From: Erysipelotrichaceae bacterium
Lineage (GTDB): Bacteria; Bacillota_I; Bacilli_A; Erysipelotrichales; Erysipelotrichaceae
Assembly: GCA_034168985.1 (NCBI GenBank)
Contig: JAXFJE010000009.1
Coordinates: forward strand, 14,816 to 78,815
DNA: 64,000 nt
Reading direction: 5' to 3'
Both the position numbers and the translations under genes were made by a program. Below are positions 38,481 to 49,700 of the stretch, one piece after another. The notes under the pieces were generated by a model that worked only from the letters and a program-made list of their open reading frames with translations, was not told the origin of the DNA and did no database searches. How positions within the stretch are numbered: position 1 is the first letter of the stretch; the number at the start of each line of letters is the position of its first letter.

Positions 38481-39721
38481 GAGTATATATTTTAAATCAA
38501 TTTATCCTTATGGCATTATGGGCCTATTATTTTAATGAAGCTTTGCCTATTAGAAAGAGCTGGCCAAAGGATCTTGTTTACTTATACATTGGGTTTTTGA
38601 TCCATTCCATGACTTCGATTTGGTTATTTGGTCATCCTGGTGGGCCAAGAGATCTTCCATATCTGCGTATGCTTGTTAGTTTAAGTACTGAGATATTATT
38701 GTTGCTTATCATCAAAAGGTCGCCAATGAAAAAAGTATTTATTAGCTGTTGGTGGCAGCTAGTGTTTGCTTCCTTATCTGAGCTTTTGGCGATGTGTATC
38801 GTACTGGTGCTTAATGGATTTGATACTACAAATTTTGCGACAACCATCAATGTTGAGCTATCCACTAGTTTGTTCAATGATCTTTTCTTTATTATCCAGG
38901 TATATATTTATTTAAAATTCATTCGTAAAAAAGCTCCTAATCGGGAAAAAGATAGCTTTGTCATCTTTTTGGTTTTATTAACATATCAGTTTATGCAGAT
39001 ATATATGATCTTATATCGGATCGTAGATATTCCAATTCCCCACTTTAACCTATTGATGATCAATATGATCATCGTAGTAGCCGTTGTAGATGTTGTGACG
39101 ATGGTGGTGGTGATCAAGATATATCGCAGCATGAAAAAAGAAAAATATTTAATGATGGAACAAAACGTTGAACAACAAATGCGTCATCAATTTGAACAAT
39201 TATTAGATAAGCAACAAACGATGGAAGAAATTTATCAAGAAATCGTTAAAAGTGAGGATTTGCTCGTTCATGATCTGGAATATTATAGTCAAGAATTACA
39301 TGATATTCGTAATAAATTATATTGTGATAATCCAGCTATCAATGCCATGATCAATTACTTTGCAGATTTATTCGCTAACGAATGGATCGCCTTTAAGGTT
39401 GATATCAATGGGAGTTTTCAAGATATCGAAGCTTTTTTTGATATTAATGCTTTATTGACCAACTGTTTGCAAAATGCTTATGATGAATGTCGAGGCAATG
39501 ATAAGATGTGGGTAGAACTAGCAATGGTTCTTAAAGAACGGGTCTTGATCGTTCAATGTCGAAATAGTTTAAATGATCATAAGCTAGCAAACAATAAAAA
39601 AATCTCAGGTCAAGGCAGCAAGATCATCAAAGAGATTACGGATAAATACCGTGGCTATGCTGATTTTATGATCGATGGTGATATCGCGTGTTGGCTGATC
39701 AATATTACCTTGCCTATATAA
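38477..39721 (+). CDS. AgrC/HPK10-like sensor histidine kinase
   Basis: 414 aa and collinear with the previous gene. Candidate H-box QQMRHQFEQLL (His237, nt 39185-39187). N-box NCLQNAYDE and G-box SGQGSKIIKEITDKYRG. Confidence 0.65.
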   Translation: MRVYILNQFILMALWAYYFNEALPIRKSWPKDLVYLYIGFLIHSMTSIWLFGHPGGPRDLPYLRMLVSLSTEILLLLIIKRSPMKKVFISCWWQLVFASLSELLAMCIVLVLNGFDTTNFATTINVELSTSLFNDLFFIIQVYIYLKFIRKKAPNREKDSFVIFLVLLTYQFMQIYMILYRIVDIPIPHFNLLMINMIIVVAVVDVVTMVVVIKIYRSMKKEKYLMMEQNVEQQMRHQFEQLLDKQQTMEEIYQEIVKSEDLLVHDLEYYSQELHDIRNKLYCDNPAINAMINYFADLFANEWIAFKVDINGSFQDIEAFFDINALLTNCLQNAYDECRGNDKMWVELAMVLKERVLIVQCRNSLNDHKLANNKKISGQGSKIIKEITDKYRGYADFMIDGDIACWLINITLPI

Positions 39722-39747
39722 AAAATGACCTTTGAAGGTCATTTTTA
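39722..39747. terminator. Bidirectional terminator between kinase and response regulator
   Basis: AAAAATGACCTT-tga-AGGTCATTTTT. Confidence 0.8.
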
Positions 39748-39750
39748 GCA

Positions 39751-40524
39751 TTATTTTTTCAAGAAATGGTTGGTTAGATAGGCATTGACATCATTGCGAT
39801 ATTTCCGTGAAACTGGAATTAACTTTTTATTTATCAATAGGATGTCGTTATTATGGATCTCTTTGATGTAATCGATGTTGACGATATAAGCGCGATGAGT
39901 TTGGATGAAGTTTTCTGGCAAGATAGGTAAATAATCATCAAATGAAGCATAAGTATCTAAAAATAGCTCATTAGGATCATTGATGGTCACTGCCTCTAAA
40001 TTAGGCAGATATTTGGTGATATCTTTACAATAAAACTTGATCTTTCGCAGCGATTTTTCCATATAGACGATATCTGAAATAGCGACGATGGTGTGTTTAC
40101 GATTGAATGATATGGATAACGTATGACTGTTATTGTTAAGATCGTTCAATTTTTTCAGCGCTTTGTTGATCGCATTTTTTAGATGAATTTCCATGTCATC
40201 TTTTAAGACATAGTAAATATGGTCATATAAATATGCTTCTTGGAAAAATTGCACGTATGAGGTCAAAAAGATAATTTGGGTTTCTGGTGAAATTGTAGTA
40301 CATTGGCGAGCAAAATATAGACCATTACGATGTTCATTTTCATATTTGATATCTAAGATCAAAATGTTGAAATTGTTTTTGATAACTTGATCTTCTAGTT
40401 TTGATAAGCTATCAAAGGTTGTAATTTGATAATCTATTGTCTTAGCTGCCATTAACGAATTTACAAACGCGGTTGCGGCTTGTAATTGATAAGTGTTATC
40501 ATCACAAATGGCAATGTTGATCAT
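39751..40524 (-). CDS. LytTR-family response regulator
   Basis: Receiver domain (MINIAICDD, ILILDI). C-terminal LytTR domain (ISDIVYMEKSLRKIKFY ... QTHRAYIVNIDYI). Confidence 0.8.
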   Translation of the reverse strand: MINIAICDDNTYQLQAATAFVNSLMAAKTIDYQITTFDSLSKLEDQVIKNNFNILILDIKYENEHRNGLYFARQCTTISPETQIIFLTSYVQFFQEAYLYDHIYYVLKDDMEIHLKNAINKALKKLNDLNNNSHTLSISFNRKHTIVAISDIVYMEKSLRKIKFYCKDITKYLPNLEAVTINDPNELFLDTYASFDDYLPILPENFIQTHRAYIVNIDYIKEIHNNDILLINKKLIPVSRKYRNDVNAYLTNHFLKK

Positions 40525-40742
40525 AAAAGCTTCCCCCTTAAGCTATATTTTAAGAATATTTTAATATAATTTAGGGGCTTATGGCTAACAGATGTAATAA
40601 AATACAGAATATACGTAATAAAAAACAATGTGATTATCATACAATAATATGACTGCTACAAAAAACTTACTTACATGTAGCCAAGATAAGTATTATAATG
40701 GTTACAACAAGAAAAAAAGATAGATAATACGGAGGAAAGAGA

Positions 40743-41951
40743 ATGCAATATGATTTTGAATCGATCATTGAACGCGCGGGTAAAGATGCGATAGCTGTTG
40801 ATCGTCCCCTTAGAGAAGGGTATATGAATACGCAAGTCAAAGAAGGTTTTAGTATTATTCCAATGTGGGTTGCAGATATGAATTTTGCAACTTTGCCTGA
40901 TATTACAACGGCTATCATCGAAAGAGCCAAGCATCCAACATATGGTTATTTTGATCCTAGCGATGAATACTATGCTTCGATAATAGAATGGCATCGTAAA
41001 CGCTATGGCGTAAATGATCTAAAACCTGAATACATAGGGTATGAAAATGGTGTTTTAGGGGGGATCGCTAGTGCATTAAGGGTTTTATGTGCGCCAGGAG
41101 ATAATATCTTGATCCAAGCTCCTACTTATATAGGATTTAGCAAGACATGTGCGGATAATGGATATAACTTGATCTTAAATCAATTGATCCAAGATGATGA
41201 AGGTATTTGGCGAATTGACTATGATGATGTTGAATCTAAATTAAAAGAGCATGATATCCATACAGCTATCTTTTGCTCACCACATAATCCTTTAGGAAGG
41301 GTATGGGAAGCTGAGGAAATCGCTCGTTTGATGGAAATATATCGTGAACATGATGTGTATGTCATTGCGGATGAAATTTGGGCTGATCTTATCATGCCAA
41401 ATAAGAAACATATTCCGGTCCATACCATAAGTGAAGATGCTAAAAAACGAACTATCACTTTATATGCACCAAGCAAGACCTTTAATTTGGCGGGACTAGT
41501 AGGATCTTATCATGTAATTTATGATGATTATTTAAGAGCTAGGGTCAATAAGGAAGCAAGGCGTACGCACTATAATGCGATGAATGTCTTAAGCATGCAT
41601 GCCTTGATCGCCGCATATAGCGTAAATGGGGCCATATGGCTAGAACAATTAAAAGAAGTATTACAAAATAACATTGATTATGCTTGTAATTTTATCAGCG
41701 AAAATTTCCCTGATGTGAAGCTTAGCAAACCGCAAGGAACTTATATGTTATTTTTAGATTGTCAACAATATTGTCAAAAACATGATATTTCTATCGAGCA
41801 GTTACAAAAATTAGGAGTTGAGCATGGGGTAATCTGGCAAGATGGACGTGCTTTCCATGGGATGACGCATATTCGGATGAATGTCGCCTTACCTTTGGAA
41901 TTGTTAGAAGAAGCAATGCATCGTTTGAAAAGATATGTATTCATAAAATAA
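40743..41951 (+). CDS. PLP-dependent aminotransferase class I/II, MalY/PatB cystathionine beta-lyase type
   Basis: APSKTFNLAGL is the PLP-lysine motif. Length is 402 aa. A terminator hairpin lies at 41956-41990. Confidence 0.75.
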   Translation: MQYDFESIIERAGKDAIAVDRPLREGYMNTQVKEGFSIIPMWVADMNFATLPDITTAIIERAKHPTYGYFDPSDEYYASIIEWHRKRYGVNDLKPEYIGYENGVLGGIASALRVLCAPGDNILIQAPTYIGFSKTCADNGYNLILNQLIQDDEGIWRIDYDDVESKLKEHDIHTAIFCSPHNPLGRVWEAEEIARLMEIYREHDVYVIADEIWADLIMPNKKHIPVHTISEDAKKRTITLYAPSKTFNLAGLVGSYHVIYDDYLRARVNKEARRTHYNAMNVLSMHALIAAYSVNGAIWLEQLKEVLQNNIDYACNFISENFPDVKLSKPQGTYMLFLDCQQYCQKHDISIEQLQKLGVEHGVIWQDGRAFHGMTHIRMNVALPLELLEEAMHRLKRYVFIK

Positions 41952-42398
41952 CCTACGATATGATCACTAAAAGTGGTCATATTTTTATTATGATTAGATA
42001 GCTTAGACAATATATTTACAAAATTATAATATTTGTATCTTTTTTCTGATTGGTAAAAAGTAAATAAAATTTAATGTTAATAGATATGAAAGCACCGAGG
42101 TTGATGAACGAGAGTGGGGAAACCCTATAAATGAAATATTGGATGAGTGTATTCATAAATATGACATAGAAAGAGCTAGTTTCATGGTAGCTTAAAAAGT
42201 GCTTGCTTATATAATGAATATAGAAAATGAAATTAATGAAGGTTATTGGTGTTTTATGAATGTTCTAATATGCATAATGATATCGTAAATAATTAGCGAA
42301 TTAGTTTATTTTTTTTATGATACCGCTTTAGTAAAAATTATAGATAGACAAGCTATATACATAGTAATAAAATAGTCTAGGTGAAAAGGGGTATTAAT

Positions 42399-43946
42399 AT
42401 GTTAGACAATATCTTTGTGATGTTTATGCTTGCTCTATTGCCGATCATTTGGTTGGTGGTAGCTTTGTGTATATTTAAGATGCAGGCTCATGTAGCTAGT
42501 GTTGGAGCATTTATCGTAGCAGCCATTGAAGCATTGATTATATGGCAGATGCCAATGTTAGCTGTTGCAACTGCTGCTTTAGAAGGTTTTGCAATGGCTA
42601 TATGGCCTATTGTCATTGTTATCATTGCAGCGGTATTTACTTACAATTTAACCGTGTATACGGGAGCTATGGAAGTTATCAAAAAGATGATCACTTCGGT
42701 AAGCGTAGATTCCCGCATCTTAGTATTATTGATTGGTTGGTGTTTCGGGGGCTTTTTGGAAGGGATGGCTGGCTTTGGAGTTGCAATTGCCATTCCTGCT
42801 AGTATGTTATATGCTTTAGGCTTTAATCCTGTCATTGCCATTTTAGCCTGTTTGATTGCCAATGGCTGCCCTACGATGTTTGGATCGATCGGTATTCCCA
42901 CCACGACCTTAGCTTCTGTTACTGGTTTGGATGCAGCACGTTTAGCATTCACTCAAACCATACAAACAGCACCATTATTATTTATTTCTCCATTTTTGAT
43001 GGTCATGTTAGTGGGAAAAGGATTTAAGAGCTTAAAAGGCATAATTCCTTTTGTTTGTGTGGCTAGTTTGAGCTTTGTGCTTCCTGAGATCATTGCCGCA
43101 AGATTTATTGGTGCAGAGTTACCAGTTATCATCGCCAGCGTATGTTCTTTGATCTGCTCTTTTGCGTATGCAACCAAAATCAAGCACAAAGCAGTTCCCG
43201 CAGAATATAAGATGGATATCGCTCAAGATGATACAAAGATCAGCATGCACGATGCTTTGGTTGCGTGGTCTCCATTTATCTTGATCTTTGTGTTATTATT
43301 GTTGACTAGTAAATTAGTGCCATTTATCAATCAACCGCTTAGCGCGATCAAATCTAGCGTGGTTATCTATCAAGGAGCTGATGCTGCCCCTTATACCTTT
43401 ACTTGGATCAATACCCCAGCGGTTTGGATCTTATTATCAGGAATCATTGGGGGCTTAATTCAAAAGTGTCAATTTAAAGATCTTGTATTGGTCATGAAAA
43501 ATACGATCATCCAAATGTCTAAAACAATTTGTACAATGTTAGGTGTCTTAGCTTGTGCCAAGATCATGGGATATTCGGGGATGATCAGTGCTATCAGTAC
43601 GTTCTTTGTAACAGTGCTAGGTTCTTTCTTCCCTTTAGCATCACCATTAATTGGAGCTTTAGGTACGTTTGTTACGGGTAGTGGAACAAGTTCTCAAGTG
43701 TTGTTTGGCAATGTGCAATTACAAGCAGCGCATGCCATCGGGGTCAATGAATATTGGTTGGTTGCTGCCAACTCTTTGGGTACTAGTGCGGGAAAAATGT
43801 TATCTCCACAAAGCATTGCCATTGGTTGTGCCGCTTGTGGCTTACAAGGCAAAGATGGTGAGATCTTAGGAAAGATCACTAAGTATGCTGTGGGTTATGT
43901 CATCGTTATGGCATTGATCGTTTATTTTGGACAAAGTTTGATATAA
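42399..43946 (+). CDS. lctP: L-lactate permease family transporter
   Basis: Polytopic, about 515 aa. LctP-type motifs are GFLEGMAGFGVAIAIP and GSGTSSQVLFG. Adjacent to ldh. Confidence 0.8.
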   Translation: MLDNIFVMFMLALLPIIWLVVALCIFKMQAHVASVGAFIVAAIEALIIWQMPMLAVATAALEGFAMAIWPIVIVIIAAVFTYNLTVYTGAMEVIKKMITSVSVDSRILVLLIGWCFGGFLEGMAGFGVAIAIPASMLYALGFNPVIAILACLIANGCPTMFGSIGIPTTTLASVTGLDAARLAFTQTIQTAPLLFISPFLMVMLVGKGFKSLKGIIPFVCVASLSFVLPEIIAARFIGAELPVIIASVCSLICSFAYATKIKHKAVPAEYKMDIAQDDTKISMHDALVAWSPFILIFVLLLLTSKLVPFINQPLSAIKSSVVIYQGADAAPYTFTWINTPAVWILLSGIIGGLIQKCQFKDLVLVMKNTIIQMSKTICTMLGVLACAKIMGYSGMISAISTFFVTVLGSFFPLASPLIGALGTFVTGSGTSSQVLFGNVQLQAAHAIGVNEYWLVAANSLGTSAGKMLSPQSIAIGCAACGLQGKDGEILGKITKYAVGYVIVMALIVYFGQSLI

Positions 43947-43985
43947 AAAAATATCCCATCACTAAGTGATGGGAATATTTTTTTA
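43945..43985. terminator. Bidirectional terminator between lctP and ldh
   Basis: ATATCCCATCAC-taa-GTGATGGGAATAT flanked by A and T runs. Confidence 0.75.
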
Positions 43986-44945
43986 TTCAGCTAAGATTGG
44001 ATCTACAACTTCTTTGATCGTGTTTTTCAAGTTTTCACAAGATGCATTAAATTTGCCTTGGTCTACTTGATTTAATTGTAAGTGAACAATTTCTCTTAAT
44101 CCGTGTTTGTTGATAACTGCTGGGACACCGATATATAAACCGGTTTGACCATATTCACCATTTTGTGGTGCTGAAATGGTCATGATAGCATTTTCGTTAT
44201 TCAAGATTGCATGAACTAGACGATTTAATGAAAGACCGATACCATAGTAAGTTGCTTTTTTCTTTTCGATGATTTCGTAAGCAGCATCTCTTACACTTTC
44301 ATAGATCGTTAGCAGTTCAGATAGATCTTTATCTTGTTCATCAAGCATTTCTAATAGGCTCTTGCATCCTACATAAGCATGGATCCAAGGAACGAAACTT
44401 GAATCGCCATGTTCACCCATGATATAAGCGTGCACGTTTGTAGAGTTAACGTTGAAGTATTCGCTGATCTTGGTACGTAGACGAGCAGTGTCTAGTAATG
44501 TTCCTGAACCGATTACTTGATTTTCTGGAAGCCCAGTAACTTTTTGCGCAACGTAGGTCATGATATCTACAGGGTTGCTGGCAACGACGATAACGCCATT
44601 GAATCCTGAAGCTTTGATTTGTTCACAAATGCTCTTCATGATCTTTGTGTTGATACCAGTTAGCTCAAGACGAGTTTGACCAGGTTTTTGGGCAGCACCA
44701 GCGGTGATTACGATAATAGCTGCATCTTTGCAATCATTATAATCACCAGCTTTGATTCTGATCTTGCTGGTTGAATATGGTAAACCATGAGATAAGTCTA
44801 AAGCTTCCCCTTCAGCTTTATCTTTGTTGACATCGACCAAAACTAATTCATCGATACCAGGTTGAGATAGGAAAGTATAAGCCATGCTCATTCCGACAAA
44901 TCCGGTACCAACTAAAACGATTTTTCTGTTTTCTACTGTATTCAT
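43983..44945 (-). CDS. ldh: L-lactate dehydrogenase
   Basis: KIVLVGTGFVGMS, VITAGAAQKPGQTRLEL and GEHGDS. Confidence 0.9.
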   Translation of the reverse strand: MNTVENRKIVLVGTGFVGMSMAYTFLSQPGIDELVLVDVNKDKAEGEALDLSHGLPYSTSKIRIKAGDYNDCKDAAIIVITAGAAQKPGQTRLELTGINTKIMKSICEQIKASGFNGVIVVASNPVDIMTYVAQKVTGLPENQVIGSGTLLDTARLRTKISEYFNVNSTNVHAYIMGEHGDSSFVPWIHAYVGCKSLLEMLDEQDKDLSELLTIYESVRDAAYEIIEKKKATYYGIGLSLNRLVHAILNNENAIMTISAPQNGEYGQTGLYIGVPAVINKHGLREIVHLQLNQVDQGKFNASCENLKNTIKEVVDPILAE

Positions 44946-45062
44946 TGTTGTAGTTCTCCTTACATATAAATTATAATACTTTTAAATTTTTTTTGCAGTT
45001 TTAATTATTCGATTTGGTGATTTTTTCATGATAAAATAATTATATAAGTTGAGGTTAGTGAT

Positions 45063-45848
45063 ATGGAAAATTTAAAAGTAGGATTTATTGGTTATGGAAA
45101 CATGGCTCAAGCTATGGTTCAAGGCTTGAAAGCGGCAAATGCGATCGAAGCCAATGCAATATATGTTAGCTCGGCACATTATGATCAATTAACGATCAAG
45201 ACGATCGGCATGGATGTTAATCCTTGTAAAACTAATCAAGAAGTTGCGGAAAAAAGTGATTTGATCGTTTTGGCCGTAAAACCTAACTTGATCGAGCAAG
45301 TAGTGGAAGAGATCAAAGGATTGGTTAATAATAAGATCGTGGTGAGCGTAGCAGCAGGTTATACTTATGATAAGATGAAGACGATTGCCAAAAATATGCA
45401 TTGTATCTGCACGATACCTAATTTGGCGGTCATGGCTAAAGAAGGCATAATCATTTGTGAAGATAAACATTCTTTAGATGTCATCCAATTAGCAACCTTT
45501 AAAAAATTATTTTCCAAAATTGGCTCATTGGAATTTGTTAGTGCGAAAAATTTAAGCATTGCCGGTACGATCAGCGGATGTGCGCCGGCTTTTACGATGA
45601 TGTATGTTGAAGCATTAGCGGATGCTGGGGTAGCTTATGGGTTAACTAGAGAACAAGCATATCGTCTGGCTTCACAAATGATCGTAGGAGCAGGCAAGAT
45701 GCAACTAGCAACCAAATTACATCCAGCTCAATTGAAGGATATGGTATGTTCACCAGGCGGAACGACGATCAAAGGGGTAAATGCTTTAAATAAAGAAGGT
45801 TTTAAAGGGGCCATCGTTAAAAGCATCGAAGCGATCGAAGGGAAATAG
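45063..45848 (+). CDS. proC: Pyrroline-5-carboxylate reductase
   Basis: VGFIGYGNMAQAM, and SPGGTTIKG near the C-terminus. Confidence 0.85.
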   Translation: MENLKVGFIGYGNMAQAMVQGLKAANAIEANAIYVSSAHYDQLTIKTIGMDVNPCKTNQEVAEKSDLIVLAVKPNLIEQVVEEIKGLVNNKIVVSVAAGYTYDKMKTIAKNMHCICTIPNLAVMAKEGIIICEDKHSLDVIQLATFKKLFSKIGSLEFVSAKNLSIAGTISGCAPAFTMMYVEALADAGVAYGLTREQAYRLASQMIVGAGKMQLATKLHPAQLKDMVCSPGGTTIKGVNALNKEGFKGAIVKSIEAIEGK

Positions 45849-45863
45849 TAAGGGATCGTATAT

Positions 45864-46697
45864 ATGCTTTTTGCCATGGATCTAGATGGTACCTTGATAT
45901 CCGCCCAAAACGGCTTGGATGATGAAACTTTACAGGTATTGAAAAAAGTCCTAGCGCAGGGGCATGAAATAGCCTTTGTGACAGGGCGTAATTATGAAGA
46001 ACTGATCGCTGAAGAAAAATTGTGGGAACTTGATGCTTATATCATTGGAATGAATGGAACCGTAATTCTAGCCAAGGATCGTACGGTTTTGTTGGAAGAT
46101 CGTATAGCTGATGAAGTTATAGCTTATTTATATCAAGAATATCCTGATGTACCTTTAGAATATCTCGCGTTTGATCAAAAAATGTTAACAGTTGATAAAA
46201 CAACCTTTGTCGATCATTTTACAAGTTTATTTCCTGCTGGATTTTTGGATGATCCGCAGATGAAAAAGATCATGGAGCACTTTGTTAAAACTAATACATA
46301 TGACTGTGATCTAGAAATGCTGAAGCGAAAAGCGATATTAAAAGTCGAAGCTATGATCAACAATAAGCGTTTTGGAGAAATGTTGGTACAAGATTTGCAA
46401 AGGAAGTTTGCTGATAATCTAACATGTCTGTATGAAGGTAATAGTTTGCTGATTTGCCCATACATCACCAACAAAGGAATTGCTTTGCACTGGTTATGTC
46501 AATATTTAGCGCTTGATAAAAAAGAGGTTTTTGTGTTTGGCGATGGTGAAAATGATATTCCCATGCTTCAAGCTTTTGACAATAGCTATGTGGTCATGGA
46601 TGCGGGCATAGCGATCAAAGCATATGCTAAAGAGGTCATCGACAATAGCTATGATCATGGAGTTATCAAAAAAATCATGCATATCATTAATGGGTAA
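45864..46697 (+). CDS. HAD-superfamily Cof-type hydrolase
   Basis: FAMDLDGTLI and GDGENDIPML. Confidence 0.8.
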   Translation: MLFAMDLDGTLISAQNGLDDETLQVLKKVLAQGHEIAFVTGRNYEELIAEEKLWELDAYIIGMNGTVILAKDRTVLLEDRIADEVIAYLYQEYPDVPLEYLAFDQKMLTVDKTTFVDHFTSLFPAGFLDDPQMKKIMEHFVKTNTYDCDLEMLKRKAILKVEAMINNKRFGEMLVQDLQRKFADNLTCLYEGNSLLICPYITNKGIALHWLCQYLALDKKEVFVFGDGENDIPMLQAFDNSYVVMDAGIAIKAYAKEVIDNSYDHGVIKKIMHIING

Positions 46698-46701
46698 GGA
46701 A

Positions 46702-49700
46702 TTAATCCTCACCCATTTTTCTTATTCTTGTTATTTTTTTCTTTTTGTTAATGACAATTTTTTGATTGGTTTTTTGGTTTTTAACGATCTTATCATTATC
46801 ATTGACGATATCGATGGTTTCACAAGCGTTACCGATGATATAACCTAAAGGAGAATGAATTTCACATACTTTTAATTTACTACCATAGGTTAGATCTTTG
46901 ATAGTGAATGCGCCATGCTTGATAGTAAAGTTTTCAGCTTTATCAAGATAGTGTAATTGATAATCAGCTTCAGGCAAGCCATAGACGATGATTTCTCCTT
47001 TATCATTAGTGTTGGCTCGTAAAACAACTTTACCAGTTTTGTCCATTACTTCATAAGGTTCGCTGATCATTGGAACATCGATATAAGTATATGTTTGACC
47101 TGCAAATACATAATAGCGCTTATGATTGCTTAAGTTGGTTATTTCCATGTTCAAGATCTTTTCGTTAAAATCTTGATTAGCTATGTAGGTTTCTATAGGG
47201 CCTTCAAAGATGATCTTGCCGTCGATCGTGTCGCTAGCGTTTTGTAAACTGATCTTATCGTTAGCTATGTCATTATTAACAACTTTATAGCTGATGCCTT
47301 TGATGGTGATGATATCGTTTGGTTTTAGGTTTTGAATATTAGGGATATCTTCATATCGTAGGCCTTGATAATCAGTGGTTATAGAAGTAATGACGTATTT
47401 TTCATCAACAAGAGCTTGGATCATCGGCGCTTTGGCAGCTGTTTTATGAAGGTGTAAAATCTTAGGTTGTTGGTTAAAACTTTGATATTTTAAGCTGATC
47501 TTTTGTTCGTCCCGATATATCAAGGTAAAATCTACATGGTTAAATTTAAAGATATCATCTATTTTTAGATCGTTAGGAATATCTTGGAAGCTAGGAGCTT
47601 GGATACAACTTAAAGTTGGAAAGGTGAATTGATAATTTATTTTTGGCTTTTGGACCATAGTAAGGATATCCTGCATGATAAAAGGCTCGGCTGGCAAAGA
47701 AGTGGTTAACTGGCGATAGATACCGCCTGATACAAAGGTTCCAATTGCTTTAGCGGGTTTTATTTGAGGCATAGTGATGATATCGTTTTTTACTTCGATG
47801 ACCATATGGTTATTATCATTGATATTGATCAGTTTATAACCCATGATGGTATTAGCGCTAGTATCATCGCTGGTGGTTGGTTGCCAAATAGCTGGATCTT
47901 GGGCGTAAATGATATCGATGATCTGATAGGTTTGGATATTGCCATCTTGTTTATCAAAAGCTTTAAAGCGAGCTTTTGGCGCAATTTTAGGGCAATTTTT
48001 CAAGATATCTTGATAGGTCAATGGAACATTATGGTTGATGTTATTTTTGTCTACATGATATTCCATTTGATCATCTAGACATTTGACTAAAATATGATCA
48101 TTTTCGATAGCTAAGATTTCGTAAGTGAATTGGACGGAATGATCATCAGGCCATACGCTAAATTGTTGATTTATCTTTAGGTCAGCAGGGATATCTTGGA
48201 ATGTTATCTTATAAGGAAAAGTAGATAAATGATCTTTGGATACATCGTGACCTTCATCGCTAACATCCATGACCGTAAAAATTGCGCCATTTAAAAGCTT
48301 GGTTTGATCATCTTGATCGACCTTGACCACTTCTAGATCAAGCTTACGTTTGGTATTTAGGACATTTTCATATGTAACGTTGATTTTTTCGGCGTATTTG
48401 CTATCAAAGCTGAAGCAGATGTCCTTAGCATCTAGCTGATTTGCATCACGAAAATCATATCCTAATGGTAGTTGAGTTTCACATGCGAGATACTTACGCC
48501 CCCATTTTAGATCTTGGATATTTACTTGACCATCAATTTGAGGGTGGTCATATACCGTGAATTCTTTTAGGATCAAACTGTTAGGTTGGTTATAAAAATA
48601 TGTGCCCGGTGATAGATCGTCGACATCAAACATGCCCCAATGATCGCTGTAGCCTTTTTTGATGACGTTAGTGCCGGCAGGGTCGCTGTAGATGGTCACA
48701 GGATAAAAAGGTTGCGAATGCTGGTGATTGCTTGGGTCAGTAATACGCAGTTGATTTTTTCCGGTCTTACCTTTGAATAAAGGTAAAGTGGTTAGCTTTT
48801 TGATCGAAGCTAGTTGTTGATTACTGGTGGTGAAGTTAATGATTTGATAGATGCTATGCTCTTTAGGATCTGTTTTTAGTTGCTTATTAGTTATTAGATA
48901 GTATTGTTTGTTACCATCTTGATCTTTGCAGCTTACCTTAAAATCTTTGGTACCATCGCTATTGATGATTATCTTCTCGATAGTATATTTGATGCCATTG
49001 ACCTTGAAGCTGTCATGAAGATCGCTATGGATCGGAGGGATATCGTTTTTAGAAATAGGTGATGGAATTGGAAGATAGTAGCGATTGATCTTGGTGGTAT
49101 CTAGAGCGTTAGGACAGGTGATGATCAAGGCTTCGTCCACATCGTCATTTTGTAGGATATCCGCAACGGTATAGGTGCGTTTTTTATTGGTGAAAGTATC
49201 GTTGATCTTCGGTTTGCTTCCTAATTGTTTGATGATCTGTTCATAAGTTATGCCATTTGCACCATGGCCATAGTGAATGTTGATATCAAATGTTTTCATG
49301 CTGTCAACCTTGATGATATGATTATCGATCAAAACACTTGGATCATCACAAGTTAAATAATAATGCTCGCTATTTGGTAAAAAAGCAGATAGATCATAAG
49401 TTTTTTGGGTGTTTATGAAATATTTATCGTAGGTTACATAATCATCGATAGGATTACTAGGGTAGTTTATTTCCAATGTTTCTTTGGAGCTTAGGTTTTG
49501 AATGGTCATGCTATGTTGATTAAGCTTGTTTATAACATATGGATCATCTTCAAAGATAAAACGCGTATTTTCTTGTGGTAGCTTGAAAGCAAATAGTTTG
49601 ATGATATCTTGGTATCTGATGCTTGTTGGTTTGCTTACTTTGATCAGCTCGCTGTCGGTAGTTGTTGGTTTTGATGGCTTGTTTGTTAAGTGATAGCGAT

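Noticed and set aside
36504-40742. AgrD-like autoinducing-peptide gene or AgrB near the kinase trio
   Set aside because: No small ORF with an RBS and an amphipathic leader plus Cys-containing core, and no AgrB-like membrane protease, is present in or next to the cluster.
41991-42398. 400-bp ORF-free region upstream of lctP as a riboswitch or gene remnant
   Set aside because: Only short broken reading frames and AT-rich sequence are present. No conserved riboswitch core or stable structure was recognisable by eye, so it is most simply a long promoter/regulatory region.
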